A DNA stretch of 64,000 bases. Origin: Promethearchaeia archaeon. GTDB lineage: Archaea; Asgardarchaeota; Lokiarchaeia; Sigyniarchaeales; SOKP01. The translations under genes and the position numbers were made by a program. The stretch lies in contig JAHQWL010000052.1 in assembly GCA_029856155.1 (NCBI GenBank), positions 96,001 to 160,000 on the forward strand, written 5' to 3'. The notes under the pieces are model-generated. The model was not told the origin of the DNA, searched no databases, and worked only from the letters and a program-made list of their open reading frames with translations. Below are positions 1 to 8,874 of the stretch, one piece after another; position 1 is the stretch's first letter; the number at the start of each line of letters is the position of its first letter.

Positions 1-4
1 ATTT

Positions 5-964
5 ATGAAATTTGAGCCCAAATTAAAAGCCCAAAAGGAATTCATTTTAGGTGTACAACAAAATTATGAAGCTTTTTGGCATAGCATAAGAAATTCTATA
101 TTTAAACTGCCTGATACCCCTTGGGGTTTCAAGTTATATATCACCACTTCAGAAATGGATGAAAAGATTGAAGATTCAAATTTCGTAGAAATAACTGCTC
201 TGACAGGAGAGATGCCTTACATCATTTTAAAAGATCGAACTCAAGCTCAAATCCGATTTCTAATGGTATTAAATAGAGCTCAAACAAGTTTTATCCCTTT
301 AATAAACAATATTACCATAGATATTGAAGATGATAGAGGAGATAAAGATACTTTAGTATTTTCTGATTTTACATATTCAAAAAATTTCCTTCGAATTTTA
401 ACAAATCCTACTCGGTCCTTAGATAAAGTTAAACAAATAAATGAGCCAGAGCACATATATTACGCAGATTGTACATTTCAGATTGATGAAGGTTATAGTG
501 TTGAGGATTTTGCTAATATTTTCATAAGAAAAATTACAATAGAATATACAGCTAATTTAGAACCCGCAGAATCAACAACAAGCGATGAAGAGGATTTCAA
601 AATCATTGAAGCTTTTAAAAGCAATTTTATATATCCACTAACACCGAAGACTAAGATCCAAATCGGAAAAGGTTTAAAATCAAAATTAGGGAAAATTATT
701 GATGAATATTTTGCTAAAATAATCGTTGTAGAATTTTTATTAAGTTTTTGGGGGTTTATTGAAGGCGGTTTACCCTCTATAATCCCCAATTTTGAGATGC
801 CTGATTTGATTTCAATGCTGGTAAATCTAGCATCAATAAGTATTATTGCAATAATTTTCATAATGATGATAGTGCAATCACGTAGTGGAAAGAAAAGAGA
901 TATTGATATAGATGAATTGGATGAGAAAATGAGAAAAAGGAGGCGAAAGAAATTTGGAAAATAA
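5..964 (+). CDS. Hypothetical membrane-anchored protein (probably 5'-truncated by the window edge)
   Basis: 319-aa ORF whose frame is open to the window edge; two C-terminal hydrophobic segments followed by a basic tail (RKRRRKKFGK). Confidence 0.6.
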   Translation: MKFEPKLKAQKEFILGVQQNYEAFWHSIRNSIFKLPDTPWGFKLYITTSEMDEKIEDSNFVEITALTGEMPYIILKDRTQAQIRFLMVLNRAQTSFIPLINNITIDIEDDRGDKDTLVFSDFTYSKNFLRILTNPTRSLDKVKQINEPEHIYYADCTFQIDEGYSVEDFANIFIRKITIEYTANLEPAESTTSDEEDFKIIEAFKSNFIYPLTPKTKIQIGKGLKSKLGKIIDEYFAKIIVVEFLLSFWGFIEGGLPSIIPNFEMPDLISMLVNLASISIIAIIFIMMIVQSRSGKKRDIDIDELDEKMRKRRRKKFGK

Positions 965-1820
965 AATTTTAAATATTATTATAACCTGTTCGGTTCAAAA
1001 TGATTTTATCGAACAGTTAGATATTCACCCTGCACCAGAAGATAATTTAAAATTAGGATACGAACAAGTTTCAAATAAATGGATGGAGTATTTTTTAAAT
1101 CAGAATAGAGAAACAAGTGAAGCAAATGTAAACCAATTTATATCATGGTTAAAACTAAATGCTAGTAATGAAATGATTGGTGGATCTCTATCATATCATC
1201 ATATCTTAGAATATTTTAGACATAGAGTTCATATCGATTATGATGAGACAAGAAGATTATGGGAAGGAGATAGAGTAAGCCAGTTTATAAAAGATTTAAT
1301 GAATAAAGCTTCTGAATCAAATTCAAGTGAAACTAGTGGAGTAGAGTATCAATGCATTCATTTAAGGGATTGGCATGACCAAACCGACGAATCACAAAAA
1401 GGAGAAATGGATCTTTTTGGACCTCACTGCATAAAAGGTACTTATGGAGCAAAATTTATATCACCATTGAATGAATTAATTCAAGAACATCATGATTTTA
1501 ACGTGATAATAAATTCAAATAGTCTTAGTTCATTTGACGAGACAGATCTCGAATCTGTAATAGAAACAATTATTAGAAATGCAGGTAGTTCTCATAAAGA
1601 AGTAAAAATAGGAGTTTTTGGCGTTATAACTAATGTAAAAGTATTTCTTTTAACGTTTGAACTAATGGTTATCCATAAATTTAAGAATGTTTATGTCTGC
1701 GGTGATTTCTGTGCAGGTTTTGACAAGCAAGGGCATGATACGGGTATTAACTCAATGAGAAATATATTAGCAGCAAATATTGTAGATCAAAATAGATTTA
1801 GAGAAATCTTTAATATATAA
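954..1820 (+). CDS. Isochorismatase/nicotinamidase-fold protein with a degenerate catalytic triad
   Basis: Motifs VQNDF, RDWH, PHCIKGTYGA and GVITNVKV resemble PncA motifs; immediately upstream of nadA. Confidence 0.7.
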   Translation: MENKILNIIITCSVQNDFIEQLDIHPAPEDNLKLGYEQVSNKWMEYFLNQNRETSEANVNQFISWLKLNASNEMIGGSLSYHHILEYFRHRVHIDYDETRRLWEGDRVSQFIKDLMNKASESNSSETSGVEYQCIHLRDWHDQTDESQKGEMDLFGPHCIKGTYGAKFISPLNELIQEHHDFNVIINSNSLSSFDETDLESVIETIIRNAGSSHKEVKIGVFGVITNVKVFLLTFELMVIHKFKNVYVCGDFCAGFDKQGHDTGINSMRNILAANIVDQNRFREIFNI

Positions 1821-1942
1821 CAAGTTATTTTTTTTTCTTTTCTTTATTATTCTCTTTAAGGTTATTTTTTATTACAAAAGAACTTATTTTAATTTAAAAT
1901 TTTTATACATATTAGAAGATATGAAATTAATTTAATAATAAT

Positions 1943-2887
1943 ATGACCGCAAAACAATTACAGGAAGAAATATTAAGCTTAAAGAAAAAAAATGATGTCA
2001 CAATTTTAGCACATTATTATCAACCAATTGAAATACAAGAAATTGCTGATTTTTTAGGAGATTCTCTTGAATTATCAAGTACCGCAAAAGAAAAGGCAAA
2101 CTCAGAATATATAATTTTTGCTGGAGTCGATTTTATGGCAGAAACAGCTTCGATACTAAATCCTGATAAGCATATATTAATCCCTAATCCAGAATCTTGT
2201 TGTCCTATGGCAGCTTTCCTTACTCCTGAAATGGTATTGGAATTTAAGAAAAAAAATCGGGGGTTACCTGCAGTTGTATATGTAAATTCAACTGCAACTG
2301 TAAAAGCGGAATCTGATATCTGTTGTACATCTGCTAATGCAGTTAAAATTGTCGAAAAAATTAGTCATGAATTTGATATTGATTCTGTTTTATTTGGACC
2401 TGATGCAAATTTAGCAGATTATACTGAACAATTATCTAAAATACATACAATTAAAATGCCTGAGAATGGACATTGTTATGTTCATTCACAAATTATCAAA
2501 GAGGATATAAAAATAATAACGGAAAAATATCCTAAAGCAGAACTTCTCGTTCACCCAGAATGTATTAGGGAAGTAAGAGAGTTAGCAAAACTTGTGGGTT
2601 CAACTACTGGTATGTATAATTATGTTAAAGAGAGTAATTCTAATATTAATGAATTCATAATAGGAACGGAAGTAGGACTTTTAGAACGATTAACTCAAGA
2701 TTTTCCAACGAAGAGGTTTTATCTTGCAAAAGAAAAACTAATTTGCCATAACATGAAAAAACATAATCTTGATTTAATTAAATATCTCTTAGAGAATTTG
2801 GATGATAAAACATTTGAGGTTAAAGTACCTCTTAAAATTGCGGAACGTGCTATAAAACCAATTGAAAAAATGTTAGAATTTTCATAA
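1943..2887 (+). CDS. nadA: Quinolinate synthase
   Basis: ILAHYYQ, GDSLELS, GVDFMAETA, CPMA, YVNST, CCTSANA, HCYVH, VHPEC, GSTTGM, GTEVGL, CHNMK motifs. Confidence 0.96.
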   Translation: MTAKQLQEEILSLKKKNDVTILAHYYQPIEIQEIADFLGDSLELSSTAKEKANSEYIIFAGVDFMAETASILNPDKHILIPNPESCCPMAAFLTPEMVLEFKKKNRGLPAVVYVNSTATVKAESDICCTSANAVKIVEKISHEFDIDSVLFGPDANLADYTEQLSKIHTIKMPENGHCYVHSQIIKEDIKIITEKYPKAELLVHPECIREVRELAKLVGSTTGMYNYVKESNSNINEFIIGTEVGLLERLTQDFPTKRFYLAKEKLICHNMKKHNLDLIKYLLENLDDKTFEVKVPLKIAERAIKPIEKMLEFS

Positions 2888-2936
2888 TTAATAAAAATTG
2901 AGATTTAAGATTTCTTAAATTATATCTTTTGAAAAA

Positions 2937-3737
2937 ATGTCATTTATTATATTTATAGCATGTTATTTTACTTGCATAGTTATTTTTGGTATTGTTATGA
3001 TCGTGGTTTACATAACAAAATATAAAGATCTTCCTATCGAAATTTGGAAACCCGACGCAGCATGGACTCGGGCATCAATCTACTTTTCTTTCTGTAATAT
3101 TATTATAATATTATCTGGCACTGCAGAACGGATACTAAACCAACCTTTATTTACTCTAATACAAATTACCAATCCTTATTGGGTTGTATATTGTTGTTTT
3201 TGTTTTATCTATGTATTTTTTGCATATTGGATTTTATGGTCTCGAATGACACTCACCTTTAATCGTAAGTATTATATTGGCTCAGAGATTATATTTGGTC
3301 TTATTTGGGGTTTCAGTACGGGAGGACTCCTTCTTTCATTTTATCATCTTTGGGGTTTAATAAATATACCTAGTTTGGTTCATTATTTACTTACTTTCGC
3401 CTCTATGGGGATATGGCAGTATTTTTTTCAAGATTATTTCTGGGACATTTATGTTAGCCCAGAACATGATACTCCGAAGTCGATTATTATCAAAACTTTA
3501 GTCTGTCATATCCCTAATGTAGCAATTACTCTGGGATTTCTAACTTTATGGAATAATTATGCTATCTTTATAGCATTCTACATTTTTGCATTAATTGCAT
3601 CAACTATTTTTCAAAAATTCCCAGCTCCTTGGGCTAAGGGAATATTCCACGCACCAATGATTAAGCCTGGAATCGGAGGACTTCCACATGGTTCAGGATA
3701 TTTAGGAGATATAGCGCAACCTAAGGAAAAGATATAG
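2937..3737 (+). CDS. Hypothetical polytopic membrane protein
   Basis: About 7-8 hydrophobic segments; polar motif SPEHD between them. Confidence 0.7.
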   Translation: MSFIIFIACYFTCIVIFGIVMIVVYITKYKDLPIEIWKPDAAWTRASIYFSFCNIIIILSGTAERILNQPLFTLIQITNPYWVVYCCFCFIYVFFAYWILWSRMTLTFNRKYYIGSEIIFGLIWGFSTGGLLLSFYHLWGLINIPSLVHYLLTFASMGIWQYFFQDYFWDIYVSPEHDTPKSIIIKTLVCHIPNVAITLGFLTLWNNYAIFIAFYIFALIASTIFQKFPAPWAKGIFHAPMIKPGIGGLPHGSGYLGDIAQPKEKI

Positions 3738-3763
3738 CAAATAACTATAAAGTAATTATTATT

Positions 3764-4870
3764 TTAATTATAGCTCGTTGCTAAAGTAAGAATATTAAAA
3801 TTTAACTCTAATTTTGAACTATTTAGAATCGCTTCTTGTAAAATGTTACCTTCTTTTGATAGTGGTAATTTTTTTGACTTAGCAACCCCTTCCATTAGTT
3901 TCTCTCTTTCAATATCTAAAAAACCCATTTCTATAGCATTCTTAATTATTAAATTTAATACTAATAATTGAAATTGCTCTTGAATAGCATCCCAAATCAA
4001 CCCCATCTCTTTTAATTGAAGGGTTATTTCTTCAGCCATAATGTCTAGATCATAAATCATGTCGTAAATACCTTCTTGGAGGTTAATTATTTCGTCTATT
4101 AATTTATCCTTGATGAGTCTGAGGGTTGTGGTACCTAATAAATCTTCTTCATGGAAATAAAAATCATTTTTCTCACGTTTAATCAAATAAAAACCAAAAT
4201 CATCTTTTATTAGTTTTACTCTAGCAAGATAATTAATTGCTTCTTTTGAGACTTTATGGATTATGCAGAATTGATCCAAATCAATTTTGTATCCTGCAAA
4301 TTTTTGAGTATTCTTCTCATCTAAATGCCAATACTTTCTAGCTAAAGCGCCTTGGCCGAGAATAGAGTTGTAGAAGATATAAAAAAGTGATAAATAAAGA
4401 TCTCGATCTTGCTGTAATTCAAAAAAATTATCTCCTATTTTGGATATAATTCTTACAATATGAATTATAAATGGATCTTCTACATTAATCACTTTATAAA
4501 AATTTATTAAATTTTCAAGCTTTCTGACGTTTTCTTTTAATTCATTAACTATAAATACTTCATCTTTTAGCTTTAAGGGAGTTTCTCCTAGCTTTTCAAA
4601 CCCTTTTTCTGTTATTACATAACTTCTATATTGTTTATTTGTAGTTTTATCTGTAATTAAGCGTTGTTCAATATTTTTGTTTTTTCTATGAAGATTCAAA
4701 TATTTAGAGACTGTAGATCTGCTTAAATTTGAATATTTCACTAAATTAGTAAATCTTTGTGGTCCTAGATTTCTAAGAATAAATAATATTCTCCTACTAT
4801 TATCTTCAATATTACCAGATTTCTTTAATAATTCAATCTTTAATTTTTTAGAGATATTCCAAGTTTCCAT
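3764..4870 (-). CDS. Winged-helix transcriptional regulator with a large C-terminal domain
   Basis: N-terminal wHTH (RFTNLVKYSNLSRSTVSKYLNL...YVITEKG). Confidence 0.75.
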   Translation of the reverse strand: METWNISKKLKIELLKKSGNIEDNSRRILFILRNLGPQRFTNLVKYSNLSRSTVSKYLNLHRKNKNIEQRLITDKTTNKQYRSYVITEKGFEKLGETPLKLKDEVFIVNELKENVRKLENLINFYKVINVEDPFIIHIVRIISKIGDNFFELQQDRDLYLSLFYIFYNSILGQGALARKYWHLDEKNTQKFAGYKIDLDQFCIIHKVSKEAINYLARVKLIKDDFGFYLIKREKNDFYFHEEDLLGTTTLRLIKDKLIDEIINLQEGIYDMIYDLDIMAEEITLQLKEMGLIWDAIQEQFQLLVLNLIIKNAIEMGFLDIEREKLMEGVAKSKKLPLSKEGNILQEAILNSSKLELNFNILTLATSYN

Positions 4871-5061
4871 AATTGCAAAGTATAAGATAATATATATAAA
4901 TTTATACTTTTTTTCTGGACTTAGACTAAAAAAGGTTGAAAAAACAAATATATGTAAATTTAGTATATATTAAGGATATTATTAAGTAAAATTTTATAAA
5001 TTCGAATTTTAATGTTAGAAATTGGAAAATAATTAAAAATTAATTAAAAAATTTTAAGGAA

Positions 5062-5259
5062 ATGACAATAGAAGATCCCAATATATTGAAGAGAATAAAG
5101 ATCATTGAAGAAAGGTTAGATAAAATTGAGCAAAGAATTTTAAATCTAGAACATAGAATAGGTAGGGGTCTAACACCACCACTACCAAAACCGGGTCCTA
5201 TACACCCTCCAGGACCTCCTGATCGACCCGGACCTCCTCCAGAACCTTTTCGATTTTAA
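5062..5259 (+). CDS. Small coiled-coil protein with a proline-rich tail
   Basis: Heptad-like IKIIEERLDKIEQRILNLEHRI followed by PPLPKPGPIHPPGPPDRPGPPPEP; AAGGA just upstream of ATG. Confidence 0.75.
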   Translation: MTIEDPNILKRIKIIEERLDKIEQRILNLEHRIGRGLTPPLPKPGPIHPPGPPDRPGPPPEPFRF

Positions 5260-5417
5260 AAAACCTTCTAAAATTTATATAGAATATAAATTTAGCCATC
5301 TCCCCATTATATAAACTGAAGTTCGGAATATTGAACGAAAATCCTTAATTTATCGGTTGGATAATTTATAACTAATTCAAATTAATTTAAAAAATATTAA
5401 AAAGTGTGTGATTAAAA

Positions 5418-5672
5418 ATTACGCAATATCGTTTCAGACTTACTGGTGTTCCTCCAGATCAAGCTATAAAACTAATAGAATTAGATCCTAACAATTCTAT
5501 AGCAGAAATTAAAAAGACTGTACAGCGAGAGTATAAATTAAATCCAATTTTAGCCATACAATTCATTTTTAAAGGGAAAGTGCTACCTGACCAACTAAAA
5601 TTTGCAAAGATTGGAATTCATCCAAAAAAAGACGTAATTACTGTTATGGCTACGCAAGCTGGTGGATTTTAG
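5418..5672 (+). CDS. Ubiquitin/SUMO-like protein, 84 aa, probable ATT start (absent from ORF track)
   Basis: Manual translation: ITQYRFRLTGVPPDQAIKLIELDPNNSIAEIKKTVQREYKLNPILAIQFIFKGKVLPDQLKFAKIGIHPKKDVITVMATQAGGF*. Contains FIFKGKVL and a GG near the C-terminus; in-frame TGA at 5409 bounds the 5' end. Confidence 0.88.
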   Translation: MTQYRFRLTGVPPDQAIKLIELDPNNSIAEIKKTVQREYKLNPILAIQFIFKGKVLPDQLKFAKIGIHPKKDVITVMATQAGGF

Positions 5673-5710
5673 TAATCTGAGCTACTTAATAGGATAAGTA
5701 TTTATCACGG

Positions 5711-5757
5711 GGTTATTAAGAGAAAATAGCCGGCTTTTTTTCTCTTTTTTTCTTTTT
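5711..5757 (+). terminator. Weak hairpin plus long T-tract after the ubiquitin-like gene
   Basis: GGTTATT...AATAGCC followed by T-runs, between convergent genes. Confidence 0.4.
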
Positions 5758-7140
5758 TTATTTTTCTGAAGTATTTTCCTTATCAATTGATGGTGTTAAT
5801 TCTTCATCAGGTTTAGATTCTGTCTCTTCCGGTTTTTCCTCTTTAATCTTTATATTTTTTGTAACAAGAAAATTTTGGAGCTCTTCAATTCCTACTTTAT
5901 CTTTATCTAAAAATCTCTTATCTACTAGATATTCACTGAATTCCTTTACTACTAAAGCTACGTCTTCTGGGTAATAACGCTTTCTAATAAGAAAACCTTT
6001 ACGCTCTAAAGAATGTTCAGAATAATACCAATAAAAAATTACTGTTATTAGTGTTATCATGAAATTATTTATGAGATTAATTTGATTTCGGTTAGCAAAA
6101 ACTCCTGTGAGACTTCCTGCACCTGTAATCATAATAATTTGTCCTTCAATATATAAGACTGTAAAAGCAAAGAGGAAGAAAGCCATATTGTTAGAATTAA
6201 ACAGGAAGGAATCATAAACTTTTTCTCCTAAACCCCTCAGGACCATAATTGCGGTAAAAACCAAGAGTATGATATCAATCAGTCCTGAAACAATATCAGG
6301 TTCTGTAGAGGCTTGAGTAATATTTAGTAATGCGTTAAAGAAACTAAACGATCTAAACCAGAGTAAAATCCAGATTAGAATATAGAACATGGAACTATAT
6401 GAATTCGTTGAACTAATTTTTTTACTTCTTATGTATAATGTAATTAAACGCCATGAGGTAATAATTAAGATTATAAGAACAACTATACTACTTGCAATAA
6501 GTAAGGTTCTAGGACCTCCAGCGGGAAATTCAAGTAAAAATCCATAAAAAGTGGCTAATTCAATCAAAACAGGTATAATCAAGGCTAAAATTAAAAGAAT
6601 TATACAGATTAATTCCTTTTTTTTTGAAGATCCATATTTATCTATTATTTTATTATTTACTTTATCAGAAATATCATCGAAACCTTTTCTTAAAAAAAGG
6701 ATTTGAATAAGGTTCCACCCAAAGTAAATAATTATGAAAAGAGCTGGAAGAATTATATCCCATCCAAGAAATTGAATAGGTAATTCAGTAGACGTACCAA
6801 TCAGAAAATAGGGAAGTATAATAAAAAAACTAATAAAAAAATTGATTGTAAAACAAATTAGTTTCCATTTATCGAATTTTTTTTCAGGACCAAAAAGATA
6901 TTTATTTAATTGAGGAATTAATCCCTCAAACATTAATAAGATAAAAGTTATAGCCAAAACTGTTGCTAAAAACAATATTAAATTTCCAAAAATTTCGTTC
7001 GGAATAAGACTTAAAAGACTAATTAATAAGGATGCTATAAAGAAAATTATCGTGTATAAGAAATGAGAATTATTAAAGATCATATGAAAGTGCTTATCTA
7101 ACAGAGCTTGAACTTTATTTCCAAATTGTTTTAAATTCAT
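5758..7140 (-). CDS. Hypothetical polytopic membrane protein
   Basis: About 10 hydrophobic segments and a charged C-terminal tail. Confidence 0.75.
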   Translation of the reverse strand: MNLKQFGNKVQALLDKHFHMIFNNSHFLYTIIFFIASLLISLLSLIPNEIFGNLILFLATVLAITFILLMFEGLIPQLNKYLFGPEKKFDKWKLICFTINFFISFFIILPYFLIGTSTELPIQFLGWDIILPALFIIIYFGWNLIQILFLRKGFDDISDKVNNKIIDKYGSSKKKELICIILLILALIIPVLIELATFYGFLLEFPAGGPRTLLIASSIVVLIILIITSWRLITLYIRSKKISSTNSYSSMFYILIWILLWFRSFSFFNALLNITQASTEPDIVSGLIDIILLVFTAIMVLRGLGEKVYDSFLFNSNNMAFFLFAFTVLYIEGQIIMITGAGSLTGVFANRNQINLINNFMITLITVIFYWYYSEHSLERKGFLIRKRYYPEDVALVVKEFSEYLVDKRFLDKDKVGIEELQNFLVTKNIKIKEEKPEETESKPDEELTPSIDKENTSEK

Positions 7141-7316
7141 TAAATTTCACTTTTTTGAATTATTGATATTAATTTTAAATTATGATTTCTTTTCATTTTA
7201 GTAATTCTTGCTTTAATTTATTTTTAAGCATTATTATAAAAGGTTCTTTCAATGAGTTATAAATAAAATCAAAAAAGATCTTGAGAGAATCACATCTAAT
7301 TATAAGATTCGTGTAC

Positions 7317-7742
7317 TTATCTTTCTATAATTAATAAATCTTTAAATTTTTCATATTTTGAAGCTAAAATATTCATAATTTCTTTAGAAAAAGATTTGAA
7401 ATGTGATATTTCTCCATTAAAATCTTTTAGAATATCTTCATAATTTTTCAAGAAGTTTTCAATTATGGTTTCAGAAAACTTTTCTAACTGTTTTTTATCA
7501 ATATTTTCATTATCACATTTAAGTACAAGATGATATTGAGATTTATGAGTGTAGAAAAAAAAGATAGAACGATCTAACGTTATGAATTTCAAGCTTTCTT
7601 TAAATTCTCGTTTTGTAAACTTGCAGATAATATCAAAGTAGCTTGCGAGGGTTTGTTCATCATCTAATATTTCATTATCTACGAGATTTTGATAAAACAA
7701 TGCGATTCCTGCCTGATCAATTATCATTAATTCCTGAATCAT
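7317..7742 (-). CDS. Longin-like domain protein
   Basis: 141 aa; N-terminal ELMIIDQAGIALFY beta-hairpin and C-terminal F...Y...L..FNGEISHF..F, a pattern typical of Asgard longin-like proteins. Confidence 0.75.
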   Translation of the reverse strand: MIQELMIIDQAGIALFYQNLVDNEILDDEQTLASYFDIICKFTKREFKESLKFITLDRSIFFFYTHKSQYHLVLKCDNENIDKKQLEKFSETIIENFLKNYEDILKDFNGEISHFKSFSKEIMNILASKYEKFKDLLIIER

Positions 7743-7965
7743 GTCGAATAACTTTCAAATATAATTTTTAGTTAATGTTAAACTTCAATTTTTCACTGAC
7801 TTATGAAACGAATTATTTTTATACTTTTTTTGAATAAAAAGAATTCTATATCTCTTATCCTCTAGCATTAATTACACATAACTAGTATTTAAAAACTATG
7901 AATTTTAAACCAAAGCTTTCTGATAGAATTATTAATAATGAATTTATTTTATTGCTGAGATAAAA

Positions 7966-8154
7966 ATGGCTTGGGGCGGTTCGTTAAATAAAAAGGGATC
8001 TGATCATATTAGGATTTTAAGAGAAGCAGATAAGGTGATTGGTTTCCTAGAAAGGATTAGAAGTGAGTTACAATCTGATGAGCAGGTTCACATCTCCAAA
8101 ACTATTGAAATAATTACAAGTTATATTTCAAAAATCTCAGAAGGGAAAGAATAA
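7966..8154 (+). CDS. Small hypothetical helical protein
   Basis: 62-aa ORF with ATG start and amphipathic helices that fills the gap between genes. Confidence 0.6.
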   Translation: MAWGGSLNKKGSDHIRILREADKVIGFLERIRSELQSDEQVHISKTIEIITSYISKISEGKE

Positions 8155-8158
8155 GGCT

Positions 8159-8728
8159 TTATATTTGCTTCATAATTTCTTTTAAGATATCAATAATACG
8201 ATTTGCTGCTTTTTGAATTGTATTTGAGAGGTTGAATTCAAAGAACGGAAGATCAATATTTTTATTACGATCCTCAAGTGTAATTTCAGCTTCTTTATAC
8301 AAATTTAGCTCAGAGAAACCTTCTAGACTCTCTGGTACGATCCCAATCATAAAAACTGTTAATTCTGGTAATTTTCCTAATAATAAATCAATGACAATAT
8401 GAATTGGTATAGTATGAGTTGAAATTGGAACATATTCTTTAATATTTTCCCTTTCAATTATAGCTACAGTACCAGGGGGTTTGTTTAAAGTACAAGTGTC
8501 TAAAAGAATTAGATGGGATGCTTGGAAGTCTATAACCTCATCAATTCTACTCATTGGATCAATTCCAGCATTAATAAATAGAAATTTATCATTTGAATAA
8601 TTTAAAAGTTCACTGATGATATATGGCCCAAAACCATCATCATTTAATTTTTCTTCTCCTATACCCATAAATACAACTTTCATAGCATCTTTTAAGTTAA
8701 ATAATAGCTTTTCAAGCATTTCTTTCAT
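8159..8728 (-). CDS. Hydrogenase maturation protease (HycI-like)
   Basis: MGIGEEKLNDDGFG, LILLDT and STHTIP motifs. Confidence 0.85.
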   Translation of the reverse strand: MKEMLEKLLFNLKDAMKVVFMGIGEEKLNDDGFGPYIISELLNYSNDKFLFINAGIDPMSRIDEVIDFQASHLILLDTCTLNKPPGTVAIIERENIKEYVPISTHTIPIHIVIDLLLGKLPELTVFMIGIVPESLEGFSELNLYKEAEITLEDRNKNIDLPFFEFNLSNTIQKAANRIIDILKEIMKQI

Positions 8729-8874
8729 ATTTACATAAATTTTTGATATTTTAAAACACCTATGTAAAAATTAGCAAATTAAAAAACAAGTAATACATTA
8801 ATTAATAATTAATTACATTAAAATTACATTCTCGCTAATGATAATCTCTCCAAAATCAAAAAGGATGATCATAT

